Origin: Octopus sinensis
Lineage: Eukaryota
DNA: 64,000 nt
Assembly (NCBI RefSeq): GCF_006345805.1
Contig: NC_043002.1
Span: 37,014,001 to 37,078,000, forward strand
Direction of reading: 5' to 3'
Part shown: positions 13,540-27,580 of the stretch, piece by piece
How the letters are laid out: each line of letters starts with the position of its first letter
How positions within the stretch are numbered: the first letter of the stretch is position 1
Notes under the pieces: generated by a model
Seen by the model: the letters and a program-made list of their open reading frames with translations, nothing else
The model's database searches: none
Told to the model about the DNA's origin: nothing
Position numbers and translations under genes: made by a program

Positions 13540-15080
13540 GGTAGTGAGCTAGCAGAATCATTAGCACTTTCGGGGTCGATAAATTAAGTACCATTTACAC
13601 ACTGGAGTCGATATAATTGAATTAATCCGTTTGTCTGTCCTTGTTTGTCCTCTCTATGTTTAGTCTCTTGTAGGCAATAAAGAAATAAGAAACGTTCGCT
13701 ACATACAATAAAAAAAAGGCGGCGAGCTGGCAGAAATGTTAGCATGCTGGGCAAAATGCTTAGCAGTATTTCATCTGTCTTTACATTCTGAGTTCAAATT
13801 CCGACTTTGCGTTTCATCCCTTCTGGGTCGATTAAATAAGTACCAGTTACACACTGGGGTCGATATAATCGACTTAATCCGTTTGTATGTCTTTGTTTGT
13901 TCCCTCTGTGTGTAGCCCCTTGTGGGCAGTAAAGAAATGAGAATCCTTAGCACTACAGGTAAAATGCTTAGCAGTATTTCATCCATCTTTATGTTCTGAG
14001 TTCAAATGTTGCCAGTGTTGATGTTGCCTTTCATCCTTTCAGAGTTTATAAAATAAGTACTAGTTCAGCACTGGCATCGATCTAATTCACTAAGCCTTTC
14101 CTCTGAAATTGCTGGCCCTGCACCAAAATCTGAAATCATTGCTAAGGCAGTGAGCTGACAGAATCATTACCCAGAATGCTTAGCAGCATTTATTCCAGCT
14201 GTTTGCATTCTGAGTTCAAATTTGACTGAGGTCAACTTGTTTGGTTTTTCCTCCTTTTTGGGATTGATAAAATAAGTACCAGTTGAGCACTGTGGCTGAT
14301 GTAACTGACATATGCTCTCTGCTAAAAATTGCTGAAGCTATGCCAAAAGTTGAAACTGTTACAGGTCACATCTTTCAAAAGATAATCCTGAATAACTCCC
14401 TCATTATCGTATATTAGAACAAGATATTTTTTCAGTTAAAGCATTGTTATAATGGTTTCAAATTTTTCCACAAGGGCAGCAATTTTGGAGGATGGGATGA
14501 GTCAATTACATCGCTGCCAGCGTTCAACTGGTACTTATTTTATCGACCCCAAGAGGATGAAAGGTAAAGTTGACCTTGGTGGAATTTGAACTCAAAACGT
14601 AGCAACGGCTGAAATACTGCTAAGCATTTTGTCTGGCATGCTAATGATTCTGCCAGTTCACCACCGTATATATCATTATTATAATAAGAAGAATTGTGAG
14701 GCTGGTGCAGATGCTAAAAGATTTATTCAGTCATATTACTTTACTGTCTTGTAAGAAGTGACTTCCAATAAAAGAAAGGAATTTGTTAGTGCTGGTTTCA
14801 CAACCCTGAAACAGAAGCCCCCCTCATTACTTCATAAGTTCTAATACTATATTAAGGTGGCTTTAAAGATGGTGAGTTGGCAGAATCATTAGCATGCTGG
14901 GCAAAATGCTTTGTAACATTTCATCCGTTCCTACATTTAAATTCTGCTGAGATTGACTTTGCCGTTCATACTTTTGGGGCTGATGAAATAAATATAAGTT
15001 GAGCACTGGGGTTGATATAATTAACTTACTCCTGTCCCTGAAATTGCTGGCCTTGTACCAAAATTTTAAACCATATTAAG
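13540..15080. repeat. Cluster of about 6-7 SINE family B copies of different ages
   Basis: Repeated GCTGGCAGAA...TCTGAGTTCAAATT...ATAAGTACCAG; mostly +, one - copy about 14460-14665. Confidence 0.8.
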
Positions 15081-17272
15081 GTGAATTCAATCTACTACGC
15101 TAAAGTTTTATAAAATTGCTATCAGTGCATTAAAACTGGGTGTATATGAAGAAGCACATGTCATAATGTGTAAAATATTAAAGATGAACACTTGTATTTT
15201 AGCAAAAAAAGAATTTGGAAATGTGAATGTTTTCTTGGATTGAAGTTATTTACTTTTTCCATTGCAAACAAATCTACACAAGAGAATAATGGAAAGTGGA
15301 AAAAATAAATAAATAAAAGGAAACAAATTTAGACACTTTTATATTATTCTCAGAAAGAAATTCCAAGAAAATTTTGCTCACAGTTACAAAATTGTCTGGA
15401 TTCCTGTACAAGTTATTTATTTTATTTTTGCTGCGAAAAAAAAAAAAAAAAAGCTCTAAGCATGTAAACTAGAAAAGCTACATTATGTCAACTTCTAGAA
15501 CATAGCATCCTCAAGTATGGTAACTTTTATTAACAAAATGGAGAAATAAGAAAGTTGCTGCTGTTTCATCATGAAATCAATGCTTATGACCTGGCTGATA
15601 TCAGAAAGTAGGGAAAACCATTTGGTATTTGCTGTTATAATTTCTTGTCTTAAATGATATCTTTATGGATGGGAAAATGTGTGATCTTTATATCCTTTTA
15701 CTCATTTAAACATCTCATTTCATGGACTGCAGCTATGCTGGGGTGCCAAATTGCAATGCAGTTACTGTCTACCAATTTTGTAAACAATAGCTGTATGGAA
15801 TCCCATGCAGTTCGATTTGTTCAACTGTAGTCACAGTAATAAACAAAAATGGAAAACAGTTCAAAGTGCTGTGTAGCAGGACAGAACTCAGAACCACACA
15901 GTTGCAAAATTAACTACATAACTTCACAGACAGCTCTGTGTTGTGTTATTTGTTTTAATATAATAAATTTAAAGCAGACAATTATTCAAGGAATGGAAAT
16001 TGTAAGAATACCATTATTACAAACTTCACACTGAACATAACTGTTTCTCTGAAGAATTAATTCTTTATAAACTAGTTTATTATGAAACTATTTCATGATG
16101 CCAATGGTAGAAAACAACTGTTTTACTATTGCTATGGAATAACCATGTTATAAAGCAACTGTCTAAATATCTATAATGAAAGCGTACAGAACATTCTCTT
16201 TAGAAAAATGTTCTTTAATAGAAATACAATGAAACAGAAGATAATGATTTCCTCAAAGGAAAATATCTGGAACATTCTATGACAATAAAATTCATGTGGA
16301 ACAATCCATTCACTGCAGTACAATTTAATGGAAACAGCGTTTAATTATAACTTTCTTCAAACCTGAAGGAAAGACTTTGAAAACGGAAAAAAAAAAATGA
16401 AAACAAAAAGAAAAAAACAAGTGAAAAAAAACAAGTTTTAATTTCCTCATTTTAGATTTCCATTCTGAGGCTGTCATTGATCCTGAAGTGATGGATTAAC
16501 ATATAATTTCTTTTTATTGCATTTTTATATCTACTTTTCTATGTAACAACAAGGCATATGTTTCTGAAAATTTGATTATTTGTATAGAATCTTGGATGCT
16601 CTTCATAACACTTATTATTTAGCAGTGATGTGTGTGAGTGATGTCTAATGTTGTTCATTAATTGTAGCCAATTCTGATCTATTCTAACAGTCTATGGCTT
16701 TTCTCTTTCTCTTTTGTGTTTTTTAATGGTTTACTCATCATCAGAAGAAAGGTAGCATTCATGGTGTCCATGATTGATAGCAAAGAAGAAAAGAAGTCAT
16801 CCTTAAACTGGAGACTTTGTCCAAATGCTTGCAACAAACTGAATAGTTATGAAGATGCCCAAGGACTGGGTGATGGTGTTAAAACACAACAGATTAAGTC
16901 TATGTTCCAAAAACAGGCTGGTCTCTCTGGCAGGCTTCCACACCAATTCTTTTTTTTTTTCTTCTTCTTACTTGTCTAGTCTGAGAGTAACCATGCCTTT
17001 TTCAGGCCAACTCAAATTAGTGAGTTTGAAATCATTAATGCTTCATTAAAACCACTGCAGGTGAGATATAAACATGGAGAAGATTCCTGAGGGTCAGTAC
17101 TCTGAGGGGGAAGGATTGGGGATACTGCAAGACTGCTTTCATTAGTTTGAGGGCATTTTCAATTCAAATGAATAGAATAGGTGGCACTTCTTCCAACATT
17201 TATATGTATATGTGTGTATGTATATATGTATTTTTCTATACACACAGACACGTGTGTATGTTTATGTGTGTA

Positions 17273-17274
<2 letters not shown>

Positions 17275-17362
<88 letters not shown>

Positions 17363-17445
17363 CCTACCTACCTACCTACCTACCTACCTACCTACCTACC
17401 TACCTACCTACCTACCTGCCTGCCTGCCTGCCTGCCTGTCTGTCA

Positions 17446-17490
<45 letters not shown>

Positions 17491-17500
17491 ATTATCTATC
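17275..17500. repeat. Compound tetranucleotide array (TATC)n-(TACC)n-(TGCC)n-(TGTC)n
   Basis: Direct inspection. Confidence 0.97.
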
Positions 17501-19514
17501 TATTATTTAGTTTAGAAATTAAAATATTGTTTTCCCAATTATCCACAGGTGGGAGTTTGATGTCTACATGTATGAAATTATAATAAGCATCTGAAGTAAT
17601 TCTAGCAGGCTATTACTTGAGGAAATAAAGAGCTGGTCTAAATATCTCTACATAATTCTGGTGGGATTTGAACTTGAAATTTATAGGGACTAATTCCAAA
17701 TAGTGTCACACATTTAATATATTGCCATTAAGCATCACACCTGTCTGCTCTGAAGTCTCATTAATCCTCCTCCTTTCTTTTGTAAATATTAGGATGTTAG
17801 CTATTACTATCAGTTCATCCACTATCAACACTATTACCATTAACACTATAGTCTCATATTTGTGGCAATCATGTTGACTTCCAGCTATTAATATTTATAT
17901 AGTAACACCACATTGTCCCTATAGTCCTTGGCACTAGTATTCATTCAATGATAACAATAATTATCTATACCACCACAACTGCTACTGCCTTAACCAGCTC
18001 CCCCACCGGCAATACACCAACATCACAAGGCCACTGTCAACTGCTATTATCTTCTCCCATTATCAGGTGTTTCCCCAGTCTCCCCATCCATCAACACCAC
18101 TATCTCTTCTATCACCTCCACCAACATATCAATAATATCATTCAATAATTGATCTTCTGACATCTCAGCATTCCATACATTTCACTATTCTTCTTCTTTC
18201 ACCTCACTAGCACTAAACCAACAACACCATCCTCATCATGGCCAACCAGAACTAAATCCCTCCACCAAATATCACAAAATTAACAGCCATGGTACAACCT
18301 CCATATTGATCGATTTCTTTACATAGCTAAAGGAATATATTCCATCAGGAAAGACTTTTTTCTGACAGCACCCTTGAATAAAATGCATCTCCCTGTTTCC
18401 TTGGATATGAAAACAAATATGAGCCATTGATGGAACCTTTATGTGGTCATTCAACCTGCTAGAAATAGTAGCCAAATCTATCTCAAATTGTCCCTGCCCC
18501 CATCATTTTGTAAGGGACTTCATTTGTTCCTTGAACAATGATGAGAGTTACTGAGATATAAGAAGAAAAATAAACTCTTCAGTATACGAGTTAACAACTG
18601 AACCCCTATGTGGCATTCAATCTGCTTGATATAGTGACAATGAAATCGACTTTAAATCATATCCTGTTATCTAAAACAAAAATAACAACAACAAAAAATA
18701 GAAAAGAATTGATACATTAGATAATAGAGTCCACTGGGACTCTTTAGTATAGTTGAAAAAAAAACAAAACAAAAAAAAACAAGAAAAACGAAAGTGAAAG
18801 ATCAACTGGTCATTGCTGGAATGCCTTTGATCATAAGTTCCACTTGATCAAACCTGACCTGGGACTAAACAACAACAACAACTGTTGCAGCAGCAGTAGC
18901 AACAACAACAATGAACATGATAAACAAATCAGTCTGTAAACCATCATCCACTTTTTGTTGGAATATTTCCTCAACAGGAAGAGCTTATATAATGTCCATG
19001 TCATTTAATATTCAGTCGATAAATATCTGTATAATGGCTGTGATCATTGAATATTCAATGCCGCTTCATTGAATAAATGATGTTATTTTTTTTTGCCTCT
19101 TTTCTCCAGCTTTTATTTTTTTTTATATTGATAGTACTCTTCCATTTCTCATTTATGATCTCAGCTGGTTGTTGTTGCTGTTGTTATGGTTGAGAAATTG
19201 TGTTCTGTTGTTGTCTTTGTTTAGCACCTAACATGTCCTGATTTAACAGTCTTACAAAAAGCTTTCCCTGCAATGACAGCCTTGCCTATTTCTGTATCAG
19301 GCACTACATGGTCAAATATATCAGGGACTACTTAATTCAATGTATCGATGAAGTGGTTGACACAGAATTTTATCTTTGTATGGGTCAAGAAAATCAGTAC
19401 CAAATAATTTACTCAAGTCATTTAAGTCATCTGTTCCCTTTTTTTCCATAATTTGTGGCAAAATGGTATAAATGTTTCAAGTTACAAATGATTATTACTA
19501 TTATCATTATTATT

Positions 19515-19973
19515 AGGGTGGTAGGCTGGCAGAATCATTACCATGCTGGGCAAAATGCTTAACAGTATTACGTCTGTGTCTGTGTTTTGAGTTCCAATTT
19601 CGCTGAGGTCAACTTTGCCTTTCATCCTTTCAGGATTGATAAATTAAGTATCAGTGAAACACTGGAATTGATGTAATCAACTAGTCCCCTCTCCTAAAAT
19701 GTTAGGCCTTGTGCCTTCAGTAAAAAGAGTTATTATCATTATTATTATTTAGGTAAGGCGTTGAGCTGGCACAATTGTTAGTATGTTGGAAAAAATGCTT
19801 AGTGACATTTCATTCTTCTTTATGTTGTGAGTTCAAATTCCGCTGAAGTTAACTTTGCCTTTCATCCTCTCAGTATTAATGAAAAAGTACCAATTGAGCA
19901 CCGAGGTCAATGTAATCGACTAGAACTCCACACTCAAATATTTCAGGCCTTGTGCCTATAGTAGAAAGGATTA

Positions 19974-20013
<40 letters not shown>

Positions 20014-20225
20014 GGTGGTGATGGGGTAGACTCATTAGCATGCTAGACAAAATGTTTGGCAGCATTTCGTTCATCTCTGTGTTCTGAGTTCAAATTCTGC
20101 TGAGATCAACTTTGCCTTTTGTCCCTTAGGGGTCAATGAAATAAGTACCAGTTAATCACTGGGGTTGATGTCATTGATATACCCCTTCCCTAAAACTGCT
20201 GGCCCTGTACCAAAATTTGAAACCA
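19515..20225 (+). repeat. Three head-to-tail SINE family B copies joined by (ATT)n; others at about 620-835(-), 1290-1480(-), 27020-27210, 39420-39580, 54700-54810, 61770-61980(-)
   Basis: Each unit ends in ATTATT before the next AAGG(T/C)GG head. Confidence 0.8.
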
Positions 20226-20243
20226 TTATTATTATTATTATTA

Positions 20244-20281
<38 letters not shown>

Positions 20282-20287
20282 GTTATT

Positions 20288-20810
20288 ACTGAGTGAGAGA
20301 GAGCAGTGCACGCAATCAAAGTGACACTGAGGCAGAATATATGAAGCTTAGTACACTCATCATGACTACCTGTCTGATAAGGATACATCAGGCACATGCA
20401 TCACAACCATATGTGTGTGACATAGTGATCTTATAATCAAGATAAGCAGCACATGATCTTGCAGGTGGGGCCCAGTTAGAATTTTCTTCAGGTTGAGTAG
20501 CCCATCCCACTCAAAAGGTCCCTGAATAAGGGTTGTTTAAGGATGTTGAACGAAACACCCATGTTTTTACAGGTGAATTATTCAAACCCCAAAGAATTTC
20601 TCTCAACACATGACTATGATGCTCCTCAGAGATACATATATTGTCAGCCAACAAGGGACATGCTCAATTGGTTAAGGTCAAACAAATGACAAGCAAATCT
20701 GTGGTACTGAGCAGAATATCTTTTACACCAAGACAAAGCATGTACATGATAATACTTCCAGTCAATTAAGATCAGAAGCCATGGCAGACAGTGCCTGGTA
20801 CTGCATTATT
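20288..20810. repeat. About 520-bp interspersed repeat of unknown class (partial inverted copy about 29170-29345)
   Basis: 20580-20720 matches the reverse complement of 29170-29345. Confidence 0.55.
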
Positions 20811-21647
20811 CTTATTAATTATAATATGAAGGCACATGGCCAAGTGATTAGGCTGTTGCAATTATGATTGTGAGATCATAGTTTCAATTCTTAGACCAGG
20901 TGGTGTGTTGCATTCTTGCACAAAACATTTCACCTCACATTGCTTTGAGTTCACTTCAACACCTGACGCATGGTACACCATGCACCTGTTCAGGCAATGT
21001 TGATTTCATGGAGGGTGAGAGCCAATGTATGGTACATACTTTTGATCACTATAAACAAATAATTTGTGCAGCTCATACATTGTTTTCGATGGGAGAGTCC
21101 TTCATTATTATTATAATTATTATTATTATTTTATGTTTGACTTTTGCTTTACATTTGTTCAAGTTGGCTCCAAATCTCACCCAGAGACCTCAAGAGACAA
21201 CAAGTTGGAAGTTCATGCTGGTGTTATGCCTAGGGTGCCATATATTTGGTTTTGTACTTAGTGTTGTACTAGTGAATGTTTAAGAAACCATAAGAAAATT
21301 GTTTGTTTTAAAACTTGAGATTACATAGAAAGTATTATTATTATTATTGTTATTATTGTTGTTGTTATTATTATTATTATATTATTATTATTATTATTAT
21401 ATTATTATTATCATCATCATTATCATTATCATTCAGTCGCCTTATTTTTATCATGTGCTTTCACTGTACTACTGAGCGCAGCTCTGTGCGGCTTGGCTAT
21501 GTGCTGTGGTTTGTTATGATTCTCTTATTGTTACTGTATTGAAAGTGTTTTATGTAGGATGTGTGCAGAGCCTAGTAGTGCTATTTTCTGTATGTTATAT
21601 ATATATTTGTTATTCCTCATGTTTTTGTTATGTATTTGTCTGAATTA

Positions 21648-22025
21648 GGCATAGGAGTGGCTATGTGGTAAGTAGCTTGCTTACCAACCACGTGGTTCCG
21701 GGTTCAGCCCCACTGCTTGGCACTTTGGGCAAGTGTCTTCTACTATAGCCTCGGGCCGACCAAAGCCTTGTGAGTAGATTTGGTAGACAGAAACTGAAAG
21801 AAGCCTAACGTATATATGTATATATATGTATGTGTGTGTGTATACGTTTGTGTGTCTGTGTTTGTCCACCCAACATCACTACATCTTCGTAACTTAGCGG
21901 TTCGGCATAAGCGACCAACAGAATAAGTACTAGGCTTACAAAGAATAAGTCGTTTGGTCAATTTGCTCGACTAAAGGTGGTGCTCCAGCATGGCCACAGG
22001 CAAATGACTGAAACAAGTAGAAGAG
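21648..22025 (+). mobile_element. tRNA-derived SINE family A, full length (about 390 bp)
   Basis: Head GGAGTGGCTGTGTGGTAAG...GGTTCAGTCCC, internal (TA/TG)n, tail GACTGAAACAAGTAAAAGAG; many copies in the window. Confidence 0.85.
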
Positions 22026-22659
22026 TTTTCTTTCTTTATCCTTTTTCTTTCCTTCTTTCTTCTTTTTTCCTTCTTCTTTCTGTCTTTCTTCTCCTGTTAC
22101 CCCCTCACTCCTACCTGGTAGTATTATGTCAGTAAAATTTCGAAAGAAATGCAACCCTCTCTGACTCTTTGATACACTCCTTGCTGATCCATCCCACACA
22201 CCTTACAACTTTTATGCACATCACACCTGAACACAGGTATTGTGATCAATACCACCAAGCAGACGACAATATTGACAGGGCACACACATACACACACATG
22301 CGGACACAAACACACACTCATGCACACACCCACATGTCTACACATACCCACACACATACCGACACACAAACATACACACACATGCTCATGCATGTGCACA
22401 TACACACACCACAAATTGCAAACATATAATACATACATTTATATACACAACACACACACACATCATACACATATACGCATACATAATACCCACACATATT
22501 TACATGTACAACATACATACTCTTATGCAATGCACAGACACCTATGTGCACAACAATACATGTACTTACACAACACATGCATGCACATAACAACACAAAA
22601 CACACACACACACACAAACATACAAAAGTGAATTAGTAACAACATACTGGTGCTTTAAA

Positions 22660-23385
22660 GATAGATGAATTAAAAAGAAGAAAAACTGGGAAGAAGAAAG
22701 GACAGACAGACAGAAAGAAAGGAAAGATAGAAAAGGAAGAAAGCCAAGGCAGAATGAAGGAAAAGGAAGAGAAAAGGGAAAAAGAAGGAAGAATGAAGCA
22801 AGAAATGGAGGAGAGTAGGTAGAAGAAAGTTAGAAAAAGAATAGTTGTAAAGAAGGAAAGAAAAAAGGAAGAAAATGAAAGAAAAACCAGAACAGATTGA
22901 AGAGAAAAAAAGAAATGAAGAAAACAAAGAAAGAAAGGAAAAAATAAGAAAAAAATGAAGAGAATGAAAGAAAGAAGGAAGAAAAAGGAAAAAGAAGAAA
23001 ATGAGAGAAAGAAGGAATGGTAGGAAGAAAGAGAAAAGGAGAAAAAGATGGAAGGAAAGGAAGAAAGGGAAAGAAGAAAATGAAAGAAGAAAGGAAGAAA
23101 GTAAAAAAACTGAAAGAAGAAATGAAGGAAGAATGAAAAAAGTGAATGAAGAAAGGAAGGAAGAAAGTAAAAAAAATGAAAGAAGAAAGGAAGGAAGAAA
23201 GAGAAAGGAAGAAAACAAATGATGGAAGGATAGGAAAGAGAGAAGAAGAAAGAAGGAAATGAAAGAAAGAAGGAGGGTAAGAAGAAAGAAAAAGAAAAAA
23301 ACGGAAAGATGAAAATAAAGGTAAGAAAAAAACTGAGAAAAACAACAGAATGGAGATAAAATGAAGGGAATGGAAGTGATATTAA
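22660..23385. repeat. About 720-bp polypurine (A/G) low-complexity tract
   Basis: Almost entirely A/G on + (GAAAG, GAAGG motifs). Confidence 0.95.
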
Positions 23386-25689
23386 CAATTAAGTGCCAGT
23401 GACAGCATGCATGAAAAACGGCTTTGTTATCTTGGTAAAAAAAAAAAAAAAATCAAGTAGGTAGGCAGGTAGGTAGGTAGATAGGTAGGTAGGAGCAAGT
23501 AGGTTACCAGATTTGGTAAGTGCAGATTTAGGCACACAGACAGGTTGCCGACACACACGGTGTAATTAGCTTTATCTACATCTCTTTTATTAACTTGAAC
23601 ATCCCTCCTGATCCTCCACAAAGGTAATCATTCATGGAAAATTATTGCTTTATTCTTTTAGAGTAAAAGAAGAAAAAAAATTACCAGAAAAAAAACAAAA
23701 ACAAGATCAAGTCAAAATACGTCAAAGCAAATTGCTTGCATGTTACGTTTGCATATAAGTGCACTGTACCTTTCTGTATTGTACTGTACAGCATGTAAAT
23801 TTTGTTTGCTAGTTGACCTGACCTTGCACTTGGTTATAAGGTTGACGTTTGTCTTCCATCCTTACAAGAATTATCTTTCTTTCTATCTTTTACTTGTTTC
23901 AGTCATTTGACTGTGGCCATGCTGGGGCACCACCTTGAAGAATTTTTAGTTGAAAGAATCAACCCCAGTACTTATTGCATTTTTTTGTTTGTTTTTTTGT
24001 TTGTTTTGCAAGCTTGGTACTTATTCTATTGTTCTCTTTTGCTGTACTGCTAAGTTACAGGTTCATAACTGCACCAAACACAGTTACCAAGTGGTAATGG
24101 GGAGCAAACACTGACACAAAGACACACACATGTGCACACATACACAGACACATACATATAACCTCAAACTGATAAAAGGTAAAGTTGACTTCAGCAGGAT
24201 TTGAACTCAGAGCACAGAGAGTAGCAAAGAACTTTCCAAAGTATTCTATATGACACTGAAGTAACTCTGTCAGCTCTTTGCTTTTTCTGTACAACAGTCT
24301 ATACTAAATCGAACTGTACTACAATCTTAAGTAAATTCCTTCGAATACCTCAACATATTATTCCATTTATCATGATTACATCATCATCATCATTTATCTT
24401 GATTACATCATCACCATATTCCTTGCTCACCTCCTCCTCATTATTTTCATTATTCACACACACACACACACACACACACTTTCATTTCCTGTCTACCAAC
24501 TCTGCTCACAGGGCTTTGGTTAGCTTGAAACTATAGTACAAGACACTTGCCAAAAGAACCTTGCAGAAACTTGGTGGGAGGTAGTTGGTTGATTAAAATG
24601 ACCCCTGATACTTTATTGTATGGACTCTGGAAAGATGAAAGGTAAAGCTTACCTTAGTGAGATAAGAAGCTCACAAAGTAAAGATTCCGTTAGGTGGTGG
24701 TGTAGGATCATCATCATTATCATCAACATCATCATTTAATGTCCGTTATCCATACTGGCATGGGTTGGATGGTTTGACCAGGGCTGGGAAGCTGAGGGGC
24801 TGCACTAGACTTCAGTTTGATTTGGCATGATTTCTATAACTGGATGCTCTTCCTAATGCCAACCACTCCAAGATTGTAATGGGTGCTTTTACATGCCACT
24901 GACATGAGTGCTAGTTGCATGACACCAGTATCTGTCATGACTCTGATTTCACTTGGCTTGCTGGATCTTCTACTCAAGTACAGGAGGCCCAATGCTTGAA
25001 AGGTGCTGTTTATGTGCCACCAGCACAATAAATTAAAATACTAGCCAAGTACATTATTACCTGACCCCAGCTAAAATGCCTGTGTTAGAAATCATTATGT
25101 ACATAGGACTATATTGTCCAATGCAATCTTTATCTTTTATGGTGATAGAGTGTTATTTCAGGAAGATTTGGCTGCTACCTCTTGCAAGTTGACAAACAAG
25201 CATGGAATATCCCTTCCTTGTTGGTTCAAAGTAAGTTGAATTATTGTTGTTATTTAGCCCCAGGTTAGCCCAAGCAGAGCAGACCTGCAATCAGAGTCAG
25301 TCCTGTTATGACCATTCCATTTTTCTTTTCAAAGATGTATGTAGAACTACATAATTGACTGTGACATTTCTTTATTGAAGATGTTTGGGTCATTTGGCTG
25401 CTGTTTCTAACAGCATATCTGAATATGGAGGAATCCACAAGTACGACTATGATATAACAACTTATCATTATCCCTCTCACCAGTACAACCAGCAGCAGCA
25501 TCAATAACACTTATCATCTTCATCTCTTCACTTATTATCATTATCACCACCAAAGGTGCTAGATTGGCAGGCTTGTTAGAGTATCAGAATAGAATGCCTT
25601 ACAGCATTTGTTTGGAGTTCATATGTATGTTCTGAGTTCAAATCCCAACAAGGTAAACTTTGTGTTTCATTCTTTCTTCTTGTCCAATA

Positions 25690-25860
25690 TTTTGAATCTA
25701 GGTTTGTTCCCGTTAAAAGGGATGGCCGAATCTTCCTCATTCCTACAGCAACTACTCTCATACCATCTCACCCTGTTTTGGACATCCTCTCTCTTCAAAC
25801 CAACCCTCCCAATCTCCTCTTCCATGTTTTCTGTGGTTGACCTCGCTTTCACAGTTTATT
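25690..25860 (-). mobile_element. RTE-like LINE RT C-terminal fragment
   Basis: EEEIGRVGLKREDVQNRVRW resembles the RTE C-terminal motif. Confidence 0.55.
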
Positions 25861-26319
25861 CAATCTAAACTCAAGCACTCTCCTCAGAGAACATGATCCT
25901 CATCCCTCTTCAACACAAGTCCATACCACTGCACTCCATTCACCCATGCCAGCTGTTCCACCAATTCCTCCAACCCCAGCATCCCCATCAAGTCCTCAGC
26001 CCTCTTTTTATCCCGTTTTGGGGGCTGATAAAATAAAGTAGCTGACACAAATACCTTTGCATAAAACTATAGGCTTTGTGTCAATGTTAAAAACAATTGG
26101 CAGAAATGAATCAGACAAAATGCTTTAATTTATTTAGTTCTGGCTCTTTACATTTTTGAGTATAAATCCTACAGAAATTAATTTTTGCCTTTCATGTTTT
26201 TCAGGGTTTATAAAATAAAGTTTCAGTGAAGGAGCAGGTGTAGCTGTGTGATTATGAAGCTCCCTTTGCAACCATGTGGTTTTTGGTTCAATTCCATTGT
26301 GTAGCACTTTGGGCTAGAG

Positions 26320-26574
26320 CAGTAGTTCCCAAACATTTTGGGGTTGCTACCCTCTTGACATCCAGGCCACATTCCTAGTGCTCCTCCACCCCAACTAATC
26401 ACCACAAGCATAGACCCCTTTCTGAAGCAAATTCAAAGCAACTGCATTTCACAAATAAAACTTAACCTAACGAACCCATTATTTTGTTGTTTTTATATTA
26501 ATCACTACCCCATTATCACCCCACCTTTCAGCCCCCAGGGGTGGGGGGGATACCGCTCACTTTGGGAACCACTG
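26320..26574. mobile_element. hAT (Charlie-like) MITE nested in a SINE
   Basis: Ends CAGTAGTTCCCAAA ... TTTGGGAACCACTG; 8-bp TSD GGCTAGAG/GACTAGAG. Confidence 0.8.
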
Positions 26575-27226
26575 GACTAGAGTCTTCTACTACAGCTCTG
26601 GGCTCACCAGTGCCTTGTAAGTGAATTTGGTAGATGGAAACGCTTCATATATATATATATGCATGTGTGTGTGTGTGTATGTGTGTATGTGTGTGAGTGT
26701 ATGTATGTGTGTGTGTGTGTGTCTTTGTCTCTGCTTTTATCATCCCACTGTTGGTTTGTCACCTAACTGGTGTTGATTTGTTCACTTCCCTATACATTAG
26801 CAGTTCAGCAAAAGAGACAGATAGAATAAGTACCAGACTTAAAGTTAAGTACTCGGGGGGCAATTTGTTCAACTAAAAACACTTTGAGTCAATGCCCCAG
26901 CATGGCCAATGTCCAATGACTGAAACGAATCACAGATAAAAGATAAAAGCATTATGCTTTGAACTCATTGTAGTTGACAAACCCCTGCCTCTCCAAATTA
27001 GCTATTTTAGAGCAGTAGATAGAGAGAATCGTTAGAGTAATTGGGAAAAATGCCATGTGGCATTTGTTCAGAGCTTTTTATGTTCTGATTTCAAATCCTA
27101 ATGAGGCCAACCTAGCCTTTCATCCCACTCTGGTCTATAAAACAAATCACAAAGCAAGGACTGGGACCAATATAATTGATTATTCCCACCTCCTCAATTT
27201 CAGGTGTTGTGACAATGTTAGTAACG

Positions 27227-27227
<1 letters not shown>

Positions 27228-27264
<37 letters not shown>

Positions 27265-27363
27265 TATTGTTATTGTTGTTGTTATTATTATTATTATCAT
27301 TATTGTTGCTGTTGTTGTTATTTTTATAATTATTATTGCTATTATTATTATTGTTGTTGTTGC

Positions 27364-27415
<52 letters not shown>

Positions 27416-27580
27416 GTTATTATTATTGTTGCTGTTGTTGTTGTTATCATTATCATTATTATTATTATTATTGTTATTATTATTATTATTTTTATTATTA
27501 TTATTATTATTGTTGTTATTATTATTGTTGCTGTTGTTGTTATTATTATTATTTTATTATTATTATTATTATTATTGTCA
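27228..27580. repeat. (ATT)n/(GTT)n trinucleotide array
   Basis: Direct inspection; other trinucleotide tracts at about 3590-3900, 31325-31570, 47900-48165. Confidence 0.97.

Noticed and set aside
13540-15080. CRISPR-like repeat-spacer appearance of clustered repeats
   Set aside because: Units are over 200-bp diverged SINEs in a spliced eukaryotic gene; no cas genes.
22633-23388. Long F/S/L-rich minus-strand ORFs (251, 182, 171 aa) resembling membrane proteins
   Set aside because: Stop-free only because the tract is polypyrimidine on that strand; open in all three frames.
23427-23621. ORF MWRIRRDVQVNKRDVDK... as an alternative Cav3 exon
   Set aside because: No channel similarity, no convincing splice pair, and it runs into a (TAGG)n repeat.
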